From Nitrosopumilus sp. (GTDB taxonomy: Archaea; Thermoproteota; Nitrososphaeria; Nitrososphaerales; Nitrosopumilaceae): a stretch of 64,000 bases of DNA. The stretch lies in assembly GCA_965223425.1 (NCBI GenBank), contig OZ245003.1:480001-544000 (forward strand). The letters are read 5' to 3'. Shown here one piece after another: positions 1 to 8,240 of this stretch. The translations under genes and the position numbers were made by a program. A model generated the notes under the pieces. The model saw nothing but the letters and a program-made list of their open reading frames with translations. It made no database searches and was not told the DNA's origin. How positions within the stretch are numbered: position 1 is the stretch's first letter; every line of letters begins with the position of its first letter.

Positions 1-101
1 GACCCTCACGAAAATGTTTTACGTGTATAATTTAGTCTTTTACAAAAATTTTTTGTTATGACAGAAACTTTTAATCTGGCATTTTAATTCAAAGTATTTG
101 T

Positions 102-179
102 GCCCTTGTAGTATAGCCCGGTCTAGAATTCGGCCCTGTCACGGCTGAGACGCGTGTTCAAATCCCGCCGAGGGCGCCA
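102..179 (+). tRNA. tRNA-Asp(GTC), CCA encoded; integration target
   Basis: Acceptor GCCCTTG/CGAGGGC, anticodon arm CGGCC-CTGTCAC-GGCTG, T-loop TTCAAAT, ends G-CCA. Confidence 0.96.
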
Positions 180-181
180 TC
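163..181 (+). repeat. att site (tRNA-proximal copy)
   Basis: 3' end of tRNA-Asp, identical to 24730-24748. Confidence 0.92.
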
Positions 182-245
182 CTTTTCAAGCCGGCTCCCT
201 GCACAAAAAATTACCACTTTAAATGCAGATGGAGCTTCAAGACTG

Positions 246-1541
246 TTGCATCAAAAAAATCATAGTGCATCCTCTAGGAAACAAACCAGGGACGATGACA
301 TCCACAACTATGCCGGCAAGATAAGGCGGTTAAGACGAAAGCTCCCAGAGACAAGGCAGGGAGATCTGGCAGTCAGGTTCCTTGAAAAGCTAAAGGTGTC
401 GGGGCTAAAAGACGGAAGAGTGTGCTACTATGGCGACAGGCTGACCCTTATACTGAAATTATTTAACGGACATCCCGACGGGCCGGTCATGCTGGAAGCA
501 GCAGAAAAGCACCACTGCGAGTCAGTGCTCTCACAAATAATATCCAACGATGAATATGGGGGCGAGACCAAAAAGGCGTATGCACTTGCCCTGATGCGCT
601 TTGTTAACTATGCAAAGACCGGTGACGTGGGGTGCCGGGAGGACGGGTATGCAGGGGAGGTATCCTGGATTAGGCCGTCAAAGTATCTCGACAAAAACGA
701 CGTTACCGTCAAGTCAGAGGATCTGCTCACCGCAGACGAGATAACTGCGCTTTTGGGTGCAATATCTAACAAGCGCGACCGGGCCATGTACTGGGTGCTC
801 TTCGAGGGGGCGTTTAGGACGGGTGAGCTCCTAAAGTTCAGAATCGGGGGAGTGGACTTTAGGGACGACCATGTCGTGGTGACCACCCATGGCGGCAAGA
901 CGGGTTCGAAGAGAATACCACTGGTGCTCTCGTTCCGACCGCTACTGGAGTGGCTTGCAGAGCATCCAAACAGAAACAATCCGGACGCATTCCTTTGGTG
1001 CTCTGATGCCCCCCAAAACAAGGCCGGAAGGATTTCATACAGTTATCTGAGACGGCACCTCAAGCAATACGCCGAGAAGGCAGGAATCAAAAAGAGGATA
1101 TGGATATACCTGATGCGGCACACGCAGCTTACACAGCTTGCCAAAAAGCTCTCAGACCAGACACTCCGGGCGTACGGCAACTGGAGTCCAAGCTCCAACA
1201 TGGCGCGCAAGTACGTCCATCTCTCCGGCAAGGACATGGATGAGGCAATACTGGGGATGCATGGAATAAGATCCAAAAATGATACGAGCGGGTCGGTCAG
1301 ACTAGAGTCCTGCCCGCGATGTGACAACAAGGACACCCCTGACTCCCAGCGGTGCTCCAAGTGCGGATACATTCTGGATCGGAAGCTCCTCCCCGATGAG
1401 GCCAAGACGTACATGGAGATGGCAGACGAGATGAGGGCTGGCCTGGACCGGATAGGGGCCCTTGAGGACAAGATAGACCTGCTGTTTGCAAGACTTCTTA
1501 CTGGGGATCCCGTGGCGCCCCGGCAGCAAGACGCTCCCTGA
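246..1541 (+). CDS. Tyrosine recombinase/integrase with C-terminal Zn ribbon
   Basis: FRTGEL (R), GKTG (K), YLMRH, GNWS, KYVH (Tyr); CPRC..CSKC; immediately downstream of the att/tRNA; not split by att. Confidence 0.93.
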   Translation: MHQKNHSASSRKQTRDDDIHNYAGKIRRLRRKLPETRQGDLAVRFLEKLKVSGLKDGRVCYYGDRLTLILKLFNGHPDGPVMLEAAEKHHCESVLSQIISNDEYGGETKKAYALALMRFVNYAKTGDVGCREDGYAGEVSWIRPSKYLDKNDVTVKSEDLLTADEITALLGAISNKRDRAMYWVLFEGAFRTGELLKFRIGGVDFRDDHVVVTTHGGKTGSKRIPLVLSFRPLLEWLAEHPNRNNPDAFLWCSDAPQNKAGRISYSYLRRHLKQYAEKAGIKKRIWIYLMRHTQLTQLAKKLSDQTLRAYGNWSPSSNMARKYVHLSGKDMDEAILGMHGIRSKNDTSGSVRLESCPRCDNKDTPDSQRCSKCGYILDRKLLPDEAKTYMEMADEMRAGLDRIGALEDKIDLLFARLLTGDPVAPRQQDAP

Positions 1542-1745
1542 GTCTTGCGACCTCGCGTCTGTACTCTAAAATGGCCTGCCGGAGCTGCTCCAAGGTGCTT
1601 TTTGAGACTTGGATGTATTCTTCCATGCATGATAATTGGGAGTTCCTTAAAAGAGGTCAATCCAGGTCTGAATCAAATATGCATCCGTCTTCAAAAACCG
1701 CGAATTTGGCAGTCGGCAGTTGACTAGGCTCCTGGCAACAGTAAT

Positions 1746-2636
1746 ATGGATCGTATACCGTACATTACAGTACTTATGTTCAAAACCGGTAACCTGCACA
1801 AGTCCAGCAGAATACTCTTGAACAAGATAATTGGCGTGATAGAAGAATACGAGGAGATGGGTTACATGCTAACCGTACGACAGATCTACTACCAGCTGGT
1901 AAGCCGTCTCATAGTCAAGAACATCAACAGCATGTACCAGCGCACCAGCAAGCTCGTCACTATTGGACGGATGCTCGGCGAGATAGACTGGGATTCAATA
2001 GTGGACAGAGCTCGGACGCCGAGGATGCCCGGCCAGTACGACAGCATGGCAAAGTTTGTCGACGCAGTCAAAAACTCGTACCGCAAGTACAGGTGGAGCG
2101 ACCAAGACCACTATGTCGAGGTCATAGTCGAAAAGGACGCGCTGGCCGGAATCTTGGAGCCCGTAACCCGCAAGTATCATGTATCGCTGCTTGCCAACAA
2201 GGGGTACTCCTCTGCTAGTGCCATACACGAGCTGGCAATGAGGATGAATTACCAGAACATAAAGGACAAAGAATGCCACATCCTGTACCTCGGGGATCAC
2301 GACCCCAGCGGGATTGACATGGTGCGCGACATCAAAGATAGGCTTGCCCACTTTGAGTGCTTTCCGGAGATGGAGAGGATTGCCCTCACCATGGATCAGA
2401 TAAAGGAGTACAAACCCCCGCCAAACCCGGCCAAGATATCCGATCCACGATCAGACAAGTACCGACAGCTGTACGGCAATGAATCGTGGGAGCTTGATGC
2501 CCTCGATCCCAAGGCGCTCGTCGACCTTGTAGAGTACAACATCACAAAATACCTGGACGTGGACAAGTACAACAGGATCATACAGTTGGAGCAAGAAGAG
2601 AGGGATCATCTGGATGCCGCTGTAGCCCGCATGTAA
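1746..2636 (+). CDS. Spo11/Topo VI-A-like TOPRIM protein (Mini-A type)
   Basis: TVRQIYYQLV (winged helix with candidate catalytic Tyr), VEKDAL and YLGDHDPSG (TOPRIM E and DxD), WELDAL; start may be 1776. Confidence 0.75.
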   Translation: MDRIPYITVLMFKTGNLHKSSRILLNKIIGVIEEYEEMGYMLTVRQIYYQLVSRLIVKNINSMYQRTSKLVTIGRMLGEIDWDSIVDRARTPRMPGQYDSMAKFVDAVKNSYRKYRWSDQDHYVEVIVEKDALAGILEPVTRKYHVSLLANKGYSSASAIHELAMRMNYQNIKDKECHILYLGDHDPSGIDMVRDIKDRLAHFECFPEMERIALTMDQIKEYKPPPNPAKISDPRSDKYRQLYGNESWELDALDPKALVDLVEYNITKYLDVDKYNRIIQLEQEERDHLDAAVARM

Positions 2637-2668
2637 TTTGGCCTTAAATTAAAACCGATATTATACTA

Positions 2669-3502
2669 TTGATGCTGAAAATTGGACTGGATATAGGGAC
2701 GGGTTTTGTAAAGTGCGTTTCAAACAACGGCTCTGTCAGATTCCCATCAATCTATGTCAAGAGAACACATGGTGATTGGACGGGTACCGTCACCGAGGCA
2801 GTAGGCGAAAAGGCGGCAAGGATGCTTGACAGTACAGGTGCTGCCACGGTACGCCCCATCATCCGGGGCAGGCCGGATCCCCGATATCAAAAACAGGTAG
2901 AGATGCTCATCCGGGAATCCGTCTCGCGCATACGCACTTTGGCAGGCCGTAGCGCGGACTGTGACGATACGATACGTATTGCCGTGGGACTGCCATACGA
3001 GGCGTCTGACTATCGCGAGACCATATCGAAAATGGTCAAAAAGACAACCGGTGCAGAGCGATGCGATGTGGTAGCCCAGGCAGTCGGCACCCTGGTTGAT
3101 GCAGGCAAGGTCAGCGGCATGGTCGTCTCCATAGGTCAGGGAACAAGCGAGATCATAGTCATTGACGACAACCACGTAATAGACGGCGAGAGTTCCAGAT
3201 GGGCCTCAGAATTCATCACCCGCAAGATCTCAAAGTTTGCCCACCTGGATCCAAATCTTTTGCTTGCACGCAAAGACACGTGTAAAAAATACGCAAAGGT
3301 GCTGGCAGAAAATCTGGCAACAGAGATTATAGACATGGCATCAGGATACGGCAACGCATATGATCTTGTGCTGTCCGGCGGCGGTCTGCTGATACCGGGA
3401 GTCCGAGACGAGCTTGAATCCAGACTCAAAAAATTCAAGGTCGTAATACCGGATGATCCCGTCATGAGCAACGCAACGGGTCTCTACAAACTCGTCGAAT
3501 AA
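2669..3502 (+). CDS. ParM/StbA-family actin-like ATPase
   Basis: Phosphate-1 IGLDIGTGFVK, FPS motif, phosphate-2 SIGQGTSE, adenosine LSGGG, C-terminal DPVMSNATG. Confidence 0.85.
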   Translation: MMLKIGLDIGTGFVKCVSNNGSVRFPSIYVKRTHGDWTGTVTEAVGEKAARMLDSTGAATVRPIIRGRPDPRYQKQVEMLIRESVSRIRTLAGRSADCDDTIRIAVGLPYEASDYRETISKMVKKTTGAERCDVVAQAVGTLVDAGKVSGMVVSIGQGTSEIIVIDDNHVIDGESSRWASEFITRKISKFAHLDPNLLLARKDTCKKYAKVLAENLATEIIDMASGYGNAYDLVLSGGGLLIPGVRDELESRLKKFKVVIPDDPVMSNATGLYKLVE

Positions 3503-3523
3503 TTTTTTTTTTTGCCAAAAAAA
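3503..3523 (+). terminator. T-tract terminator after actin gene
   Basis: 11 consecutive T right after the stop codon, followed by a complementary A-run. Confidence 0.5.
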
Positions 3524-3554
3524 GTGCCTTAAATATTATTCAAATATTGCAGAC

Positions 3555-6500
3555 ATGGGATCAAAGCGATGGCACCTTGCCAACAAGAAAAAGCCTGCAG
3601 GACAGCTGGGAGAGGCAAAGCACTTTCTGGCAGCCCCTGAAAAACTGGCTGCCTGCTCGATTACGGTTCCAATAGAGATGGACAAAAAGGCGGCCATTAA
3701 TGCTGCAGGCGGTCTTACCAGTGCAGGCATACGCAGTTTTGAGATATGGTGGGACGCCTCTGAAAAGAGACTAGAGCTGGTTTTGGTGGCAGAGAAAAGC
3801 GATCTTGCCACCTACAGGCAGGCATTTTTGAACATGTATCCAAATGCGGTATTTACCGAGCTGGAGAGTACGGAACCCGGGTGGTTTGAGCGCGAGTCCG
3901 AATACCAGATATTTGACGTGGGCACGCACCATGGACACTATTCTGCAGTATTTGATCAGGCCCGAGCCCACCAGCTGATAACCCAGGTGGCAAACACCAT
4001 CCAGCTATCCAGACAGGCCTGGATACAGTTTGTATTCAAACAGCACTCGTTTGCCCCTTTTTTGAGAAGACATGTCACGCGCCTTGATGCCAAGATTCAC
4101 GAGATCAAGCGCGGCAGGTATCTTAGCAATACCGAGATTATAATGAACCCCGACAAAAAGCCCCACGAGCACCACGAGCTTGGATACGACCTTACAAACA
4201 ACTATTCCGGCCTGCAAAAACATGCGACCCTCAAGATGCAGTCGGCCCAGCTGTTGATGAGCATCAGGGGAATTGTAAAAAGCGAGCGGGACTTGGACTT
4301 GAACTTTGATGAGATAGAGGCTCTTCCCGTAGAAAACATACACTCAGGCCACGAACATCTGACTAAATTTCGATACAAGAATAAGAATTTCTGGGACGGC
4401 GAGCCCAAAAAGACTGCCGTCAAAGTGGCAGGCAGCAAGGAAAAGCCTCCCAGGATTGGAATCTTTGAGGGCAGGCTTTTACCTGATCCCGTCAAATTTC
4501 AGGACCGTGCCATTGGCAGATATTTTGACAAGGGAATGCTCGGATACAGGGAACGCGAACCCATGCCATTTCTCATACTAAACCAGTCCGAAATTCCGCT
4601 GTTTATCCACCTGCCAGAACCCGTCACACCAAACATAGACACGACCAGGGGTGTCACCATTCCCTCAAAGCCGTCAATCAAAGACGGCTCTTGTCTTGGA
4701 TTCTTTCGACCCAAAGAGGATGGCTTTGAGTGGAAAAAGATGTGGGGAAAGATTGCCAGATCCAAGGACGTGGATGCGGCAGTCATATCTACTGCAGACC
4801 TTGCCACCCACATCTATGCCGTGGGTGCGTCAGGTTCCGGCAAGACATCCCTCATCCGGGTACTCTCAAAACATCTTGAGATTTGGAACGACTCTGATGA
4901 GTTCAAAAACGCCTTCATATATGTAGACCCCAAGGGGGATGACTCTCACAAGTTCGTAAGACAGTGTGAAAAAGAATCACTGTCCAGCGGACGCATACAT
5001 TTTCTTGATCCCCAAAAGACCCGCTTTTCGATAAACCCGCTGGAGCTGCCGACCCACTCGCCCTGGGAGAGAGAGGAGGTAGTCTCCAGATATGTCGGAT
5101 ACTTTATGAAAACCATAGAGGAATGGTACCAACAGTCGGCAAGCTATGTCCAGATGGAGAGGATATTCCGGGCACTGTTATTTTACATCTACATGAAGCA
5201 TGATGCCCCCACATTTCTTGACATTCACGATATAATCCTACGGTTACAGGAAAACGGCGTCAGGGCCATGCCGCATATCATCCAGACGTTTGGTACGCCA
5301 GAGCCAGAGATGAAGCAGGCCCTGACAAGTATTGCCACTCTAAAGGGCGAGGCATTCATACCATTACTTAACAGGGTGGAGCAGTTTGCCACAGACCCGG
5401 TTCTCAGGCGCATGTTCTCTGTGAGACACGGAACAGTCGACTTTGGAGAGATAATCAAGCCCGGTCACCAGTCCATAGTCAGGATATCGCCACTTAACAT
5501 GCCCCAGCACGTCCAGCCGCTTGCCATGCAGGCCTTTATCCTGAAACTGTGGTTTACCATACAAGAGCGGGCCAACCGGGTACCAGACGAGGCAGAACGC
5601 ACACAGGTGGTTCTGGCACTAGACGAGTTCCAGATAGTAAAGGATCTCCAGGTGCTACAGCTTATGTTGGAGCAGGCAAGGTCGCTTGGTCTCGGACTGG
5701 TACTGTCTCATCAGACCACCGAGCAGATAAGTGACAAACAGCTTGGAATAATATCGGGCAACTCTGGCACACAGCTTATCGGCAAGGTAAACGGCAAGGA
5801 CGCCTCCAGAATTGCCCAGATATGGGATCCCCAGTTTCAAAAGGAACTACAGCAGCAGTTTGCCAGCCAGGAATACTTTCACTGGACTATACGGGAAAAG
5901 GCGCCCCCTGGAAAGGAGCAGCCACCCCCCGTACAGTTCTGGCTGGCCAGACCGCCGGAGCTGACCATCGATGACCACACCTATGACGAGTTTGTCAGGG
6001 CGCAGCTGGCACGGTATGGTTCCGGGTCAATAGAGCCAAACACCATAACCCAGGCCGCAAAGAAAAGGACCCAGTGGATTGAGAATATAGAGGTAGAGTT
6101 TCCAACAAAGATAGAGTGGGATATAATGCGCCTGCTCGAAGGCGGGGAGATGAGACAGGCCCAGATTGTCTCGGCCCTACACGTACAGAACCGCGACGAG
6201 GTCGCCCCCGTCCTCAAAGAGATGGAGGAGCAGGGAAGAATAGAAAGAATTGATGCCGGGCGCACATCACCGTACCAGTTGACGGCCAAGACCCAGGCAG
6301 CATATTTTGAGTTTGATCATACACAGATAGGTACCGCCCAGGACATACCCGAGGTGGCAAGAAAGGCCATCGAGGCATATCTTGCGGAGGGACTGTTTGT
6401 CGCCATGGCGTCCCAGAGGATCAAAAAAGGCAGGGACAGAACAGACCTGATAGCCTATGATTATTCAAGAGATGTGCCCATCAGCGTTGAGATAGAGTCA

Positions 6501-6674
6501 GTCAGCGAGGTGCAGAGTCATCAGGAGCACGTCAGGTACAACATGACAAAATGGCCCAAGATGGGATTCTCAGAGTGCCATGTATGGTCCAAGAGCCAGA
6601 AAATAAGGCAGATCTGGGCAGGACTGGATGAAGAGGAGAAAAAAAGAATCTCACCCATCGTCATTTCATCCTGA
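3555..6674 (+). CDS. VirD4/TraG-HerA-type ATPase with C-terminal winged helix and PD-(D/E)XK-like domain
   Basis: Walker A GASGSGKT, YVDPKGD, SINPLE, Walker B LALDEFQ, EQARSLG, SHQTTEQ; C-terminal TDLIAY..VEIES. Confidence 0.8.
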   Translation: MGSKRWHLANKKKPAGQLGEAKHFLAAPEKLAACSITVPIEMDKKAAINAAGGLTSAGIRSFEIWWDASEKRLELVLVAEKSDLATYRQAFLNMYPNAVFTELESTEPGWFERESEYQIFDVGTHHGHYSAVFDQARAHQLITQVANTIQLSRQAWIQFVFKQHSFAPFLRRHVTRLDAKIHEIKRGRYLSNTEIIMNPDKKPHEHHELGYDLTNNYSGLQKHATLKMQSAQLLMSIRGIVKSERDLDLNFDEIEALPVENIHSGHEHLTKFRYKNKNFWDGEPKKTAVKVAGSKEKPPRIGIFEGRLLPDPVKFQDRAIGRYFDKGMLGYREREPMPFLILNQSEIPLFIHLPEPVTPNIDTTRGVTIPSKPSIKDGSCLGFFRPKEDGFEWKKMWGKIARSKDVDAAVISTADLATHIYAVGASGSGKTSLIRVLSKHLEIWNDSDEFKNAFIYVDPKGDDSHKFVRQCEKESLSSGRIHFLDPQKTRFSINPLELPTHSPWEREEVVSRYVGYFMKTIEEWYQQSASYVQMERIFRALLFYIYMKHDAPTFLDIHDIILRLQENGVRAMPHIIQTFGTPEPEMKQALTSIATLKGEAFIPLLNRVEQFATDPVLRRMFSVRHGTVDFGEIIKPGHQSIVRISPLNMPQHVQPLAMQAFILKLWFTIQERANRVPDEAERTQVVLALDEFQIVKDLQVLQLMLEQARSLGLGLVLSHQTTEQISDKQLGIISGNSGTQLIGKVNGKDASRIAQIWDPQFQKELQQQFASQEYFHWTIREKAPPGKEQPPPVQFWLARPPELTIDDHTYDEFVRAQLARYGSGSIEPNTITQAAKKRTQWIENIEVEFPTKIEWDIMRLLEGGEMRQAQIVSALHVQNRDEVAPVLKEMEEQGRIERIDAGRTSPYQLTAKTQAAYFEFDHTQIGTAQDIPEVARKAIEAYLAEGLFVAMASQRIKKGRDRTDLIAYDYSRDVPISVEIESVSEVQSHQEHVRYNMTKWPKMGFSECHVWSKSQKIRQIWAGLDEEEKKRISPIVISS

Positions 6675-6969
6675 GCTTTTCAAGCTGGCTTTTGTTTTCC
6701 GGTTCTTTTTTCCCTAGAGCCTCTGCTAGTTCCCCGCGATATCCCGGTTCTTCTCCGTCCAGGACGGTCGAGTCTCGGTCTGCATCTGTCAGATCCTTTT
6801 TTGTAATGTTGGACTCTGTCGGCTTTATGATGATTTTGTTTTTTGATATGGCAAACCGGACGTACTGGTTTTTTCGTATGCCCAGAGCATGGACTATTTG
6901 TAGCGGGATGGTCACAGTATATGAGCCCTGGCGGAATTGTATCTTTCTCTGTATGTCTTCTAGTTCCAT
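6661..6969 (-). CDS. AbrB/MazE/SpoVT-fold DNA-binding protein with charged C-terminal tail
   Basis: RKIQFRQGSYTVTIPLQIVHALGIRKNQYVRF..IIIKP pattern; ATG 6969 lies ~25 bp from a TTATAT box; the longer ORF call reads through a repeat array. Confidence 0.8.
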   Translation of the reverse strand: MELEDIQRKIQFRQGSYTVTIPLQIVHALGIRKNQYVRFAISKNKIIIKPTESNITKKDLTDADRDSTVLDGEEPGYRGELAEALGKKEPENKSQLEKLRMK

Positions 6970-7004
6970 GATTGGAAATACCTGGATGCATATAAGGGCA
7001 AAAA

Positions 7005-7169
7005 ATGCATGATGTGTACTGCCAGAATGCATGATGTGTACTGGCATGTTTTTTGGATGCATGATCTGCATGAGGGAGATGCAGAATATGCATATTGGGC
7101 AATTTTCACCATGCAGGATATGCATTGTTATGATGCAGAATATGCATATGGGTCATGCATGGTATGCAT
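7005..7169. repeat. Array of seven 15-bp pseudo-palindromes ATGCA-N5-TGCAT (operator/centromere-like)
   Basis: Units start at 7005, 7027, 7057, 7079, 7111, 7133, 7155 (first two end TGTAC). Confidence 0.85.
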
Positions 7170-7403
7170 TTGGTATCATCTTCGGTATGGCAGCCACGCT
7201 TGAATTAACCGTCTGAACGCTTTGCATTTACCTCACAAAAACGAACAACGAACTTGTTTTGATGATTCATTCAAAGGTTCTTTTCTTCCGAGACTCTTGA
7301 CAGAGTCCCTCTCCCACCAGCACGAGGTTTTTTGGAAAAAACCTCTCAAGACCCAACATCCCAATCGAGCCGTGACCGGCTCGATTACTCGCACCAAAAT
7401 TAC

Positions 7404-7499
7404 ATGATTCAGGGGGCTCAAATTAATTACAATAATAGTATGATCAAAGGGGGGCTCAAATTATAATTCTCATATATGATCAAAGAGGGGCTTGTATTA
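7404..7499 (+). repeat. Three iteron-like repeats ATGAT(C/T)..AG(G/A)GGGGCT..ATTA with 36-bp period
   Basis: Copies start 7404, 7440, 7476, separated by AT-rich spacers. Confidence 0.7.
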
Positions 7500-7924
7500 T
7501 TTTTTTAAATTATTTTGTGGCAGGAGATCAATTGAGTGGTATTTTTGACACCGGTTCTGGTAAATTCCTGTGATCTGATCACTAAAATCTACCAGATCCA
7601 AATTTGAGGTGTATTTAAAGCCCCTGAAAAATCCCAGAGTTCCCCGTTAGCGGTTAGTTACCTGTAATGTGGAAACTTTGCCCATTGGCATGTTGATCGT
7701 CATTTGATTCTCTGTCTGACTCTAGGCATGACTTTTGTAGACTTTGTAGACTTTGAGCCACATCTGTCTGACTCTTGGCTACTTTGTCTACTTGGACTCT
7801 CCTGTCCTTTTTCATTGCCTCTAGACCTCTTAACGTAGTCCTTGTACCAATTCACATACGATTCTTAACGGAACCCAACAGCATATGACTAAAACTTGAA
7901 AAGTATTACCAACCACCTAATGAT

Positions 7925-8056
7925 ATGGACAGGGAGGGAACCAACAGACGAGTCGGCCCATGTGAGTCGTGTGGACATGAAAAATGGATCTATGACTTTG
8001 ACGATGATATAGAAGGGTATTGTACCATGTGTTATCGTGAGATCTATGAGAGTTAA
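7925..8056 (+). CDS. Small CxxC..CxxC zinc-finger protein (43 aa)
   Basis: Manual translation MDREGTNRRVGPCESCGHEKWIYDFDDDIEGYCTMCYREIYES. Confidence 0.5.
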   Translation: MDREGTNRRVGPCESCGHEKWIYDFDDDIEGYCTMCYREIYES

Positions 8057-8094
8057 TCCGGCCATCAAATGTGACCCATATGGAAGCACCCAAA

Positions 8095-8210
8095 TATTGA
8101 AAAAAATTCACTTAAATCACAAATGATTTTACTATGATATATTGGGCATGCCAGAGAGAAGTCAGATTACAAAGGGATCCCGTGTATTAATCGAGACAAA
8201 GGAGAACCAG
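8095..8210 (+). repeat. ~115-bp direct repeat copy 1 (promoter + first 21 codons of YwbE-Schlafen gene, truncated)
   Basis: Near-identical to 9803-9920; encodes MPERSQITKGSRVLIETKENQ then diverges. Confidence 0.9.
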
Positions 8211-8240
8211 TCCTTGATATTTCTACACAACAAAATCATT

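Noticed and set aside
152-168. T:C mismatch in tRNA-Asp T-stem as a sign of integration damage
   Set aside because: The distal att copy has the same CCCGC strand, so it is not explained by the integration
6970-7216. His/Met/Cys-rich ORFs and N-terminal extension of the AbrB ORF
   Set aside because: Products of translating the ATGCAT palindrome array in several frames; not protein-like
7005-7499. Possible CRISPR array
   Set aside because: Repeats are short or degenerate with 7-17 bp gaps, no unique 30-40 bp spacers, no cas operon
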